Of a DNA stretch of 64,000 bases, positions 44,122-52,286 are shown piece by piece. How positions within the stretch are numbered: position 1 is the stretch's first letter; every line of letters starts with the position of its first letter. Origin of the DNA: Chloroflexota bacterium (GTDB lineage: Bacteria > Chloroflexota > Chloroflexia > QHBQ01); assembly GCA_025355955.1 (NCBI GenBank), contig JANXYP010000346.1, positions 3,945 to 67,944 on the forward strand, in the 5' to 3' direction. Both the position numbers and the translations under genes were made by a program. The notes beneath the pieces were generated by a model. It had not been told where the DNA came from. It saw only the letters and a program-made list of their open reading frames with translations, and did no database searches.

Positions 44122-44523
44122 GTGCGGCAGACACTGCGCTCGGAGCAGCACGGGCGCATCAGCGATCGCATCATGCTAATCAACTTTAGCGGGCGCAAGA
44201 GCGGCAAGCAATACAGCGTGCCGGTCAGCTATATGCGCGAGGGGCAAGAGGTTATTTGCTTCAGCGACAGCCCCTGGTGGAAGAACCTGGAAGGTGGCGC
44301 GAAGGTGACGCTCACCCTGCAGGGGCAGGATTTGCCCGCCTACGCCACCCCGACCACTGACCTAGAGGCAGTAGTGGCAGGGCTACGCCGCTTGATTGCC
44401 AAAGATGCCAATGATGCACAGTTCTTTGGCGTGAAGGTTGATGCCGAGGGGCGGCCCGATGAGCAGCAGCTAAGGCAGGCGGCCAGCCAGACGGCGATGA
44501 TCAGCATTGCGCTGGCAAGCTGA
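44122..44523 (+). CDS. Deazaflavin-dependent nitroreductase (DDN/DUF385)-like split-barrel protein, putative
   Basis: 133 aa. LINFSGRKSGKQYSVPVSY..EG.EVICFSDSPWWKNLEGGAKVTL resembles the DUF385 pattern (L.T.GRKSG..R.TPL.Y...G....V.S......P.WY.NL). GTG start. Confidence 0.5.
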   Translation: MRQTLRSEQHGRISDRIMLINFSGRKSGKQYSVPVSYMREGQEVICFSDSPWWKNLEGGAKVTLTLQGQDLPAYATPTTDLEAVVAGLRRLIAKDANDAQFFGVKVDAEGRPDEQQLRQAASQTAMISIALAS

Positions 44524-44598
44524 TGTTTAAGCACATGATGCCGCGATATGGCAAGGTAAGAAGGACTAATACCAATTCTAGCGGCTAATGCGGTAAAT

Positions 44599-44691
44599 GT
44601 AGGGGCGGATGGCATTCGCCCTGGTGCAACAACTACCAACATTGTCGTAGGGGCGGATGGCATCCGCCCTGGTGCAACAACTACCAACATT
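44599..44691. repeat. Tandem duplication (48-bp period) of REP hairpin plus flank
   Basis: GTAGGGGCGGATGGCAT(T/C)CGCCCTGGTGCAACAACTACCAACATT occurs at 44599 and again at 44647. Confidence 0.85.
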
Positions 44692-44989
44692 CAGGGTTGG
44701 CGCTATAGCAATATCGACCCTTTGTGCCGGGTTATCTCGCGCCGCCAACCCTTAAACCGCTATCACGATTAGCGCATTAAGGCTTTCGATCAGCATTGAT
44801 GCGTTTGAGCGCAAGGAGCTACGCTCCTAACCCTCAGTAACACGGTTAGCGTCGGCCTAACCCCAACCACTACTGCCTTTTCCCACGTGTGGGTAACGTT
44901 AAGCCCTCTGGGCAGCGGCTTTTTGCTTCCTTGCACTTCTGCTTTCTCCGCTGCTCCGTTTAACCTAACCCGTGGGCGGCTTTTGGCGG

Positions 44990-45298
44990 CTAGGCCACCC
45001 CTACTGCCCGCAGCAACGCGAACGCGGCCAAGCCTGCGAAAATAGTAATCGCCATATTGCGGCTGAAGTAAGCGACCAGGACACCGAATAGACCAGCGTA
45101 TAGGGCCGCGCCTGCCACTATGCTGCCATTGGGGGCGAACAGGGCAGGCACGATTAGCGCGGCGAAGATGGCGGGCGGCACGTAGCTGAGGACGCGGGCA
45201 AGTTGCGGGCTGGGCTGGCCGCGCAAGGTCAGCAGGGGGATCACGCGTGTGGCGTAGGTGACAATCGCCATGCCGAGAATGGTCAACCAAATGTTCAC
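44990..45298 (-). CDS. azlD: Branched-chain amino acid transport protein AzlD
   Basis: 102 aa with three or four TM helices. [23 protein letters not shown] is a typical AzlD N-terminus. Overlaps the azlC stop. Confidence 0.85.
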   Translation of the reverse strand: MNIWLTILGMAIVTYATRVIPLLTLRGQPSPQLARVLSYVPPAIFAALIVPALFAPNGSIVAGAALYAGLFGVLVAYFSRNMAITIFAGLAAFALLRAVGVA

Positions 45299-46041
45299 TT
45301 ACGCTCCTCCAGCAGCGCCCCGGCCAAGCTGCCACCGATTGCGCCAATCAGGATGTACCAGCTACCGGGTAGCAACAACCGCCCGACTAGCGCGAGGGTA
45401 CCAGCAACAATTGCGGCTATATACTGTGGGCGGGTACGCAAATAGGGCATCAGCAGCACACTGAAGCTTAGGGGGAACACCAGTTCGAGGCCGAGCGAGG
45501 TGGGATCAGGGATCACCCCGCCCAGCAGCAGGCCAGCTATGGTGCTGACTTGCCAGATAAAATACAGGCTGATGTTCGAGCCGAGTAGCAGGGCGGGGCC
45601 AGATAGACGCTTGCTGACTCGCCCCACTGTCACCGCGTAGGTTTCGTCTGTCACCTGAAAAGCGAGGCCAGCGCGTTGCAGCGTGGGTAGATGGCGCAAA
45701 CCAGGCGCAAGCGAAGCGGTAAGCAACAGGCCCCGCAGGTTTATTATCAAAGTCGCCAGTATGATCGACAATCCGTTTGCGCCACTGGCAAATAGACCTG
45801 CGGCAGTGAGTTGCGATGCACCAGCGAATACCAGTAGCGACATCCCCATCGTCTGCGCCGCATCCAACCGCGCAGCTTGTGCCGCCAACGCATAGGCAAT
45901 GCCAAATGGCGCAACCCCCAACCATAGTGGGATGGTGTCGATGAACCCACGCCAGAACTCGGCTCGGACAGTGGGCCTGATTGTCTCGCTCTGCGACTGA
46001 TTATCAGCAGCGCCATCCACCGCCATCTTTTCGTCCATCAC
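45295..46041 (-). CDS. azlC: AzlC family branched-chain amino acid permease subunit
   Basis: 248 aa and polytopic. The [23 protein letters not shown] block is typical of AzlC, and it is paired with azlD. Confidence 0.85.
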   Translation of the reverse strand: MMDEKMAVDGAADNQSQSETIRPTVRAEFWRGFIDTIPLWLGVAPFGIAYALAAQAARLDAAQTMGMSLLVFAGASQLTAAGLFASGANGLSIILATLIINLRGLLLTASLAPGLRHLPTLQRAGLAFQVTDETYAVTVGRVSKRLSGPALLLGSNISLYFIWQVSTIAGLLLGGVIPDPTSLGLELVFPLSFSVLLMPYLRTRPQYIAAIVAGTLALVGRLLLPGSWYILIGAIGGSLAGALLEERK

Positions 46042-46439
46042 CCGCAGCCCTCTATCCCACCGATAATTGCCTCAGCCTCGATCTCCACCAGCATCGCCGG
46101 GTCAATCAGGCGGCTGACCTCGACCATGCTGGTTGTCGGTCGGATCGTGGCGAAGCACTCTCCGTGCGCCCGGCCCACCTGCTGCCAGTTGTCAATGTTG
46201 GTGACGTAGATGCGAGTTCGTACCACATCGCCGAGGCTAGACCCTGCCTGCACCAGCGCCACCTCGATGTTCCTCAGCGCCTGCACCGCCTGGGCGTAGG
46301 CATCGCCCGCGATGATGTTGCCCGCTACATCGGTCGCGGTCGTGCCGGAGACGTGAACGAACGGCCCTACCCGCACTGCCCGCGAGTAGCCGACGATCGG
46401 CTCCCACGGCGCGCCGCTAGCAATGTTCTCTCTATCCAT
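46038..46439 (-). CDS. ridA: RidA/YjgF/TdcF family protein (reactive intermediate deaminase family)
   Basis: 133 aa. The blocks [32 protein letters not shown] and R.RIYVTNI...VEIEAEA fit the YjgF fold family. Overlaps the azlC start. Confidence 0.8.
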   Translation of the reverse strand: MDRENIASGAPWEPIVGYSRAVRVGPFVHVSGTTATDVAGNIIAGDAYAQAVQALRNIEVALVQAGSSLGDVVRTRIYVTNIDNWQQVGRAHGECFATIRPTTSMVEVSRLIDPAMLVEIEAEAIIGGIEGCG

Positions 46440-46551
46440 CGTTGTATCCTTCCTGTCACTGCGCTAATCTCCCCCTGACTATAACACATCAGCGCAAGTT
46501 GTGCAACCATCTAAAGGCTGATTAGGGGTTACAAACGAGTGTGCAGGCGGG

Positions 46552-46580
46552 TTGTAAGGCAGACGACACGGTGGTATAAT
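46552..46580 (+). promoter_or_regulatory. Extended -10 promoter upstream of the PIN-associated pair (TTGTAA-17-TGgTATAAT)
   Basis: TTGTAA at 46552-46557 and TATAAT at 46575-46580, preceded by GGTGG. Confidence 0.45.
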
Positions 46581-46625
46581 GCACTTACGAAACACGAGAG
46601 AAGCCAACTGGAAAGGACTTCACCA

Positions 46626-47024
46626 ATGGCTGACACGATGATCAGAACCAGCACCCGCACCATCAAAGGAATGCTGCGTGAGATAGACCTGGAGCGCAAC
46701 TCCTGCCAGATCTTCATCGCCAAAGGCAAGTTCGTCAGTTGCACTTATGATGAGAACCTTGAGCGGGAGATTATGGCAGCGCTCGGTCTTGAGGTTGAAG
46801 CAACAGGCGAGGTGCTAGGTGCTCAGGCAAATGGCAGCAATGAAAAGGCCAGTTGGCTTCACATAGAAGAGATTAGCGCTGAGGAGAAAGAGTTCGACTT
46901 TGAGGCGGCTGAAATAAGGCCATTCACCGGAAAGGATTTGCTGGACTCCGGTTTGATCGGTATGTGGAAAGATAGGACCGATATGGACGATAGCAACGAT
47001 TTTGCTCGTAGCCTGCGTGAGTGA
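46626..47024 (+). CDS. Hypothetical protein, candidate atypical antitoxin partner of the downstream PIN toxin
   Basis: I call the start at ATG 46626, after a TTGTAA-17-TATAAT promoter. The C-terminal tail GMWKDRTDMDDSNDFARSLRE resembles tails of small PIN-associated antitoxins (weak recollection). The region is AT-richer than its surroundings. Confidence 0.5.
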   Translation: MADTMIRTSTRTIKGMLREIDLERNSCQIFIAKGKFVSCTYDENLEREIMAALGLEVEATGEVLGAQANGSNEKASWLHIEEISAEEKEFDFEAAEIRPFTGKDLLDSGLIGMWKDRTDMDDSNDFARSLRE

Positions 47025-47056
47025 AAGCATAGAAGATAGATAAGGTGTGATGAGCT

Positions 47057-47467
47057 ATGGCTGTAGCAGTGATAGATACCAACATAATGATACAGGCTCT
47101 ACCTGGCAACCCCATTACCAAGAAGTGGCTTGCTAGAGTGGAAGATAGGATCACCCTTCCCTGTTTCGTCGTAATGGAGCTGATTAAAGGCTGCGACACG
47201 CGAGACGAGCTTACCCGCCTGGACAGCTTCCTCACTCCCTACACCATATACTGGCCGAATCAGGAAGATTGTCGAAGAGCAGTAAGCATAATGAAGGACA
47301 ACTATCGTCATGGTTATAAAATGGGTGTTGTGGATGCACTGATTGCCGCCTGTGCAATTGCTCTTCATGCCAAGCTCTACACGCTCGATCACGACTTCCG
47401 CCCAGTCCCTGGCCTAAAGAAGCTCACCCCATATCAACTATCTTTAGCCGTCTCGGTTAGTACATAG
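47057..47467 (+). CDS. vapC: PIN-domain ribonuclease (VapC-like toxin)
   Basis: 136 aa. The N-terminal VIDTNIMI supplies the first PIN acidic residue. VVMELIKG and VVDALIAACAI supply the later conserved acidic positions. Confidence 0.75.
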   Translation: MAVAVIDTNIMIQALPGNPITKKWLARVEDRITLPCFVVMELIKGCDTRDELTRLDSFLTPYTIYWPNQEDCRRAVSIMKDNYRHGYKMGVVDALIAACAIALHAKLYTLDHDFRPVPGLKKLTPYQLSLAVSVST

Positions 47468-47475
47468 GAGGTAAT

Positions 47476-49125
47476 ATGCCCGAAGTAACCGCCCCCATCA
47501 TCGCTGTCACCGTCTATACCGACCGCGCCCAGGTTACGCGGCGCGGCACCATCAGCCTGAGCGAAACGGGAACGCAGGAGCTTACCGTCAGCGGGCTGCC
47601 CACCAACATTGATGGCAATTCGCTGCGGGCCAATGGGCGGGGAACTGCCGCCGTCACCATCATGGGGGTGGAGAGCAAGGTGCGCTACTTCACCGACCCG
47701 CCCCGACTAGATGTGCGCGACTTGCAATTGCAATTGCAAACCTTGCAAGACCAGGCCAGCGAATTCGCCAACCAGAATGAGACGCTTGTCAAGCGGCTCG
47801 AAACCGTGCAGAAGATGGCGGAAGTGGCTGCCGACCGTTACGCCCGCAGCCTGGCGCAAGGCACCGTGCAGCTCGAAGCCGCCCAGCAATTGCTCGACTT
47901 TATCAGCGGGCAGACGCAGCAGGTGAAGCAGGAGCAGTTGAAGCTCACGCAGCAGCAGCGCGAAAACAAGAAGCAGCAAGAGGTGGTGCAGAGCCAGATC
48001 AACCAGCTAGCCTCGCCCCAGCAACGTCAGGATAATTTCGTCAGCGTGCCGGTGGAGGTGAGTAGCGCGGGCGACTTTGCGCTAGAGCTAACCTATGTGG
48101 TCTATGGCGCAAAGTGGCAACCACTTTACGACCTGCGAATCAGCAGCCAGCCTACCGCTGCACCGGCCCTGGTGCAGCCTGCCGCCAGCCCACCACCCAG
48201 CGCAGTGTTCAACGGCAAGCTCACCCTCGGCTATCTTGCCAGCCTCAGCCAGAACACCGGCGAGGACTGGAGCGCGGTCAATCTAACCCTCTCTACCGCC
48301 CGGCCCAGCCTCGGCACGTTGCCGCCCAGGCTCGACCCCATCTACCTCGATGTCTACTCCCCACCTCCACCGATGTATGCCGCTGCGCCGATGGCGGCTC
48401 CGGCAGGGATGGCGCGAAAGGCATCCGCCCTCAGCATGGCCGATGATGCAATCATCCCAGCGCCCCAGCAGGAAGCGACCATCGCCCAGGCCACGGTCAA
48501 CAGCAGCGGCGCAAGTGTCACCTTCAGCCTGCCCCGCCCCCTGGATGTGCCGTCCGACGGTCAGCCCCATCGCACCATGATCACCAGCCAGGACTACGAT
48601 TGCCGCCTTGACTACAGCAGCGTGCCGCGCCGTGCCAGCCTCGGCTACCTGCGAGCCACGATTACTAACAACAGCCCGCTCACCCTGCTGCCCGGCTCCG
48701 CCAACGTCTTCCGCGATGGCGAGTATATTGGCAACGCCAACCTGGAACTGGTCGCCCCTCAGCAGGAGTTCAAGCTGTTCCTCGGCCCCGACGAGCAGGT
48801 ACGCACTGAGCGCGCGCTGGCGGGTCGCGAGGTGGACAAAACCTTCATCGGCAGCACTCGCCGCAACTCGTATGCCTATGTTATCAAGCTGGAGAACCTC
48901 AAGTCCTATCCGCTGCGGCTGGTGGTGCAGGATCAGATTCCGGTCAGCCGTAGCGAACAGATCAAGGTCAAGCTGAACAATGTCCAGCCACCAGCGGCGG
49001 AGGTTGACCACCTCGGCATCATCCGCTGGGAGCTAACCCTGCCCACCGGCGGCAAGCTGCAGCTACGCTACGACTACACCGTGGAGAGCAACCGCGACAC
49101 CCGCATCAGCGGCCTTGAGGATTAG
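47476..49125 (+). CDS. DUF4139/DUF4140 (MuiA-like) family protein
   Basis: 549 aa. AGGAGG RBS. N-terminal beta-rich block (VTVYTDRAQVTRRG.ISL..G.QELTVSGLP), a Gln-rich coiled coil and a C-terminal beta domain. The architecture is recalled from the TIGR02231-type family; the function is unknown. Confidence 0.6.
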   Translation: MPEVTAPIIAVTVYTDRAQVTRRGTISLSETGTQELTVSGLPTNIDGNSLRANGRGTAAVTIMGVESKVRYFTDPPRLDVRDLQLQLQTLQDQASEFANQNETLVKRLETVQKMAEVAADRYARSLAQGTVQLEAAQQLLDFISGQTQQVKQEQLKLTQQQRENKKQQEVVQSQINQLASPQQRQDNFVSVPVEVSSAGDFALELTYVVYGAKWQPLYDLRISSQPTAAPALVQPAASPPPSAVFNGKLTLGYLASLSQNTGEDWSAVNLTLSTARPSLGTLPPRLDPIYLDVYSPPPPMYAAAPMAAPAGMARKASALSMADDAIIPAPQQEATIAQATVNSSGASVTFSLPRPLDVPSDGQPHRTMITSQDYDCRLDYSSVPRRASLGYLRATITNNSPLTLLPGSANVFRDGEYIGNANLELVAPQQEFKLFLGPDEQVRTERALAGREVDKTFIGSTRRNSYAYVIKLENLKSYPLRLVVQDQIPVSRSEQIKVKLNNVQPPAAEVDHLGIIRWELTLPTGGKLQLRYDYTVESNRDTRISGLED

Positions 49126-49143
49126 CAGGGTTAAGGCTGATCT

Positions 49144-49225
49144 GTAGGGGCGAACCTTTGTTCGCCCTGCCCGCTGATTAACTCGCGTTAACCCGATCTG
49201 TAGGGGCGAACCGTTGTTCGCCCTG
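49144..49225. repeat. Pair of REP hairpins (GTAGGGGCGAACC.TTGTTCGCCCTG) spaced 56 bp apart
   Basis: Copies lie at 49144-49169 and 49200-49225, both preceded by GATCT. They belong to a family with about 25 members in this window, listed in the findings. Confidence 0.85.
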
Positions 49226-49242
49226 CCGAAGGAGCATACAAC

Positions 49243-49683
49243 GTGCGATTGGTAATTCAGCGCGTAACCCAGGCATCAGTCACAGTCGAGGGTAAGGTGA
49301 TCGGGCGCATCGGCAAGGGGCTGGTGGTGCTGGTGGGGGTGGGCAATGGTGACGATGAGGCGAAGGCGGAAGCGCTGACCGCCAAGCTGGTCAACCTGCG
49401 TATCTTCGCCGATGCTGAAGGCAAAACCAACCTCGCCGCCCTGGAGGTGGGCGCGGAGATGCTGATCATCTCGCAGTTCACCCTCTATGCTGACACGCGC
49501 AAGGGTCGTCGCCCCAGCTTCATCGAGGCCGCCCCGCCACTGGTCGCCGCTCCACTGGTCGAGCAGTTTGTCGCAGCAGTGAAAGCCTACGGCCTGCGCG
49601 TCGCCACCGGCCAGTTCCAAACCGAGATGCTGGTCGAGATCCACAACGACGGACCCTTTACGATAGTGATGAACGATGAGTGA
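49243..49683 (+). CDS. dtd: D-aminoacyl-tRNA deacylase
   Basis: 146 aa. MRLVIQRV start, with the SQFTLYAD and NDGPFT motifs diagnostic of Dtd. GTG start. Confidence 0.92.
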   Translation: MRLVIQRVTQASVTVEGKVIGRIGKGLVVLVGVGNGDDEAKAEALTAKLVNLRIFADAEGKTNLAALEVGAEMLIISQFTLYADTRKGRRPSFIEAAPPLVAAPLVEQFVAAVKAYGLRVATGQFQTEMLVEIHNDGPFTIVMNDE

Positions 49684-50101
49684 CGAGCTAACCTGGCAAG
49701 CCGGAGTGAAGCAGACAGTGCAGCGTACCGTGCTGGTGGCACTGAGCGTGGGCATTGTGCTGCTGCTCCTGCTGCTGGCGAACCTGCCCACGCTGGTAGC
49801 CACGCTGCTCACCCTCGCCTACGCCCTCTATGTGCTGCTGCCTTACCTGCTGCCGGTGCGTTATCGGCTCAACGCGGCGGGGGTGCGCTGGGGTCAGGGG
49901 CTGGACAGCCATTTTCGCCCCTGGGACAGCTTCAAGGTCTATCGTCTGCAACCGGGTGGCATCGAACTGAGCGCCTACAGCCGTCGCGATGGGCGCGTGC
50001 CTACGCTCAACAACTATCGCGCCGTCTTCCTCCCCTACGGCAAGCTGCCCCCCACCGACCTCGAAGCCGCCGTCGCCGCCCATCTGCCGCTGGATGTGTG
50101 A
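49676..50101 (+). CDS. Small two-TM membrane protein, unknown function
   Basis: 141 aa. The ATG overlaps the dtd stop by 8 nt. Two adjacent hydrophobic helices are followed by a soluble tail of about 80 aa. Confidence 0.55.
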   Translation: MSDELTWQAGVKQTVQRTVLVALSVGIVLLLLLLANLPTLVATLLTLAYALYVLLPYLLPVRYRLNAAGVRWGQGLDSHFRPWDSFKVYRLQPGGIELSAYSRRDGRVPTLNNYRAVFLPYGKLPPTDLEAAVAAHLPLDV

Positions 50102-50105
50102 GGGC

Positions 50106-50140
50106 AGAAGGTAGAAGGCGGAAGGTAGAATGTGGATGGG
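50106..50140 (+). repeat. Heptamer array AGAAGGT/AGAAGGC/GGAAGGT/AGAATGT x5 after the 49676..50101 stop
   Basis: It starts 5 nt after the TGA. TAG recurs on the + strand. Confidence 0.8.
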
Positions 50141-50172
50141 AAATGAGCGAATGTTACTTATCAAACTTGCCA

Positions 50173-50201
50173 CTCATGCCTCATACCTCTGCCTCATACC
50201 T
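50173..50201. repeat. Heptamer array CTCATGC/CTCATAC x4
   Basis: Same family as the 2131 array. It lies upstream of the P1-P7 promoter. Confidence 0.8.
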
Positions 50202-50251
50202 GTCTTCTTGACATAATCTGGGCAATTTTGCCCAAATTGGGGGTAAGGTAC

Positions 50252-50280
50252 TTGACGTAACGTTGCGATGGTAATATACT
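50252..50280 (+). promoter_or_regulatory. Sigma-70-type promoter of the P1-P7 operon (TTGACG-17-TATACT)
   Basis: TTGACG at 50252-50257, a 17-nt spacer and TATACT at 50275-50280. A 6-2-6 inverted repeat GGGCAATTTTGCCC (50219-50232) just upstream could be an operator. Confidence 0.55.
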
Positions 50281-50338
50281 ATACGCAAGGCAGACCATGT
50301 TCTAATCTGTTGGGTCCGCAATAGCACGAGGTGGGGCA

Positions 50339-50656
50339 ATGTTTAGCAAACAACCAGGCAAGCAGCAGGCGGAAGAGCCAGTCACCGCCGCCGATATTGC
50401 GGCGGCTGACAAGCTGGCGGCCAGCGTGGGTAAGTGGGGAATGAGCGCCCCTGCGTTGCTGCTGCTGGCGATCGGCAAGCCGCTCGGCTTCTTCGGGGCG
50501 CAACTGCTCTACGTTGGTGGGCCGCTGCTGCAGATGCTGGGGGCGGCCACTGGTAAGCCGCTCGCGGCGCGGGCCGACAGCCTCGCCCGCCTGCTGGAGA
50601 ACCCCGCCGCACTCGAACAACTGACCACTCGCATCGAGCAGAGGGAGAAGCGATAG
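50339..50656 (+). CDS. Operon gene P1: small membrane protein, unknown function
   Basis: 105 aa. GAGGTG RBS. The start lies about 55 nt downstream of a TTGACG-17-TATACT promoter. One or two hydrophobic segments (MSAPALLLLAIGKPLGFFGAQLLYVGGPLL). Confidence 0.65.
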   Translation: MFSKQPGKQQAEEPVTAADIAAADKLAASVGKWGMSAPALLLLAIGKPLGFFGAQLLYVGGPLLQMLGAATGKPLAARADSLARLLENPAALEQLTTRIEQREKR

Positions 50657-51484
50657 ATGAAGAGCCGGGGTAATGAGTTTTTTACCTTCGTTTACGGCAA
50701 CAGCGAGATTGTCATCCTCGCTCTGCTCGGCATCTTCCTGCTCGTCTTCCTGCTGCTGCTCAGTGCATCGCAGCGGGGTAAGCTATCAACCTTGCGTGAG
50801 TTGCTCCCCTACCAGCGCATCAAAGGTGCAATTGGCCGCGCCGCCGAGCTGGGCAAGGGGGTACACTTCAGCCCCGGCTCCGGCGACCTGGCGCAAGGGC
50901 TGCACCCGGTCGAGACGCTGGCGGGGCTGACCATCGGTGAGGCGGTAGCGCGACAGGCGGCGCAGAGCGGGGCGCGGCTGGTGACTACCACCAACGGGCC
51001 GGTTACCTATGCGGTGGCCGACAACGTGGCCTCACGCGGCTACGCCAACATGGGGCGACTGGCCGATTACAACGCCGAGGATACCCGCTTTGTCACCCAG
51101 AGCCTGAGCGATCGCCTGCCTTATCTGGTGGGCGCTGCCGATGTGGTCGAACACGAGGACACTGAGGTGAACATCGCTATTGGCTACTTTGGGGCAGAGT
51201 ACCTGCTGCTGGGTGAGACTGCGGCGCGCAGCGGCACTAACCAGATCGTGGGCAGCAGCGAGTCCAGCGCAATCCCGCTGATGCTTACCACCGCCGACCC
51301 TGAGCAGGTGCTAATCGGTGAGGAGATTTTTGCAGGCGGCGCGTACCTGCAGCAACGTGCCAGCCATGTCGCCTCGTTGATCGCCCAGGATGCGCTGCGT
51401 ATCGTGCTGATCATCGCCATCATCGTCGGGGCGCTGCTGGCGAACCTGGAACCCGACTGGCTGAAGTTTATCTTTTCGCGTTAA
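50657..51484 (+). CDS. Operon gene P2: bitopic membrane protein (TM helices at both ends, soluble core of about 200 aa), unknown function
   Basis: 275 aa. The start codon directly abuts the P1 stop. TM helices IVILALLGIFLLVFLLLLSA and IVLIIAIIVGALLANL. Confidence 0.7.
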   Translation: MKSRGNEFFTFVYGNSEIVILALLGIFLLVFLLLLSASQRGKLSTLRELLPYQRIKGAIGRAAELGKGVHFSPGSGDLAQGLHPVETLAGLTIGEAVARQAAQSGARLVTTTNGPVTYAVADNVASRGYANMGRLADYNAEDTRFVTQSLSDRLPYLVGAADVVEHEDTEVNIAIGYFGAEYLLLGETAARSGTNQIVGSSESSAIPLMLTTADPEQVLIGEEIFAGGAYLQQRASHVASLIAQDALRIVLIIAIIVGALLANLEPDWLKFIFSR

Positions 51485-51496
51485 GGAGACCAGCCC

Positions 51497-52174
51497 ATGC
51501 GCCGTCGCCCTGGCTTCGACTTCGGCTATACCGCCACCTCGGTGATCATTTACGTCACCGCGTTGATCGTGTTCGCCACTTTCTTCATCACCGCGCAGGG
51601 GCCAACCACCGACAACCCGCAAGGCTCGATCCCCTATCGCGCAGGCATCTACCTGCCTGCCCTCGCCGCGCTGCTGACCGGCTTTGCCCTGTTGCTCGGC
51701 CTTGCCAACCTGGTGCGGGTTCACGTTGGGCGCATCCAGCGGCAGGAGCGCAACTGGCCTTACAGCGGGGCGCTGCTAGCTAGCGCGGGGGTTACGATTG
51801 TGGTTGGCGCGATAGTCGGTGGCAGCGGGCCGAACAGCGCGGGCGCGACCTGGATTTTCAACAATGTATACCAGCCGCTAGCCAGCACCTTCTACAGCCT
51901 GCTCGCCTTCTTCATCGCCGCCGCCGCCTTCCGCGCCCTGCGCGCCCGCACAGTAGAGATGACCATTCTGACGGTCGTTGCGCTGATCGTCATTCTGGGC
52001 CAAGCGCCAGTCTTCCAACTGGATCAACTAAACTGGTTGGCGGCGCTCAAGGATTGGATCGTGCAGTATCCCGCGCTGGCGGCCATCCGCGGCATCGCTT
52101 TGGGCGCGTCGCTGGGTATCATTGCCACCAGCGCCCGTCTGGTACTGGGCATTGACCGCCAGTATTTGAGTTGA
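51497..52174 (+). CDS. Operon gene P3: polytopic (about 6 TM) membrane protein, unknown function
   Basis: 225 aa, 12 bp after P2. The stop lies inside a GTTGNAN heptamer array. Confidence 0.7.
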   Translation: MRRRPGFDFGYTATSVIIYVTALIVFATFFITAQGPTTDNPQGSIPYRAGIYLPALAALLTGFALLLGLANLVRVHVGRIQRQERNWPYSGALLASAGVTIVVGAIVGGSGPNSAGATWIFNNVYQPLASTFYSLLAFFIAAAAFRALRARTVEMTILTVVALIVILGQAPVFQLDQLNWLAALKDWIVQYPALAAIRGIALGASLGIIATSARLVLGIDRQYLS

Positions 52175-52211
52175 ACGTTGAATGTTGTATGTTGTATGTT
52201 GTATGTTGAAG
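52170..52211 (+). repeat. Heptamer array GTTGAAC/GTTGAAT/GTTGTAT x6 containing the P3 stop
   Basis: TGAs at 52172 (the real stop), 52179 and 52207 fall in three different frames. Confidence 0.9.
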
Positions 52212-52257
52212 TGGTTGCTCATAGGGGTGAGCCGTTGTTCGCCTAATAGCGCATCCA

Positions 52258-52285
52258 CAATCTAAAATCTAAAATCTAAAATCAT
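52258..52285 (+). repeat. Heptamer array AATCTAA x3.5 ending 2 nt before the P4 ATG
   Basis: A TAA in every unit closes all three frames immediately upstream of the start codon at 52287. Confidence 0.9.
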
Positions 52286-52286
52286 T

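Noticed and set aside
44692-44989. Possible ncRNA or tRNA in the 300-bp non-coding stretch downstream of azlD
   Set aside because: I could find no cloverleaf, T-loop (GGTTCGA-type) box or known ncRNA signature by eye. It contains a fragment of the CATCAATGC dispersed motif. A covariance-model scan would be needed, so it is left unannotated.
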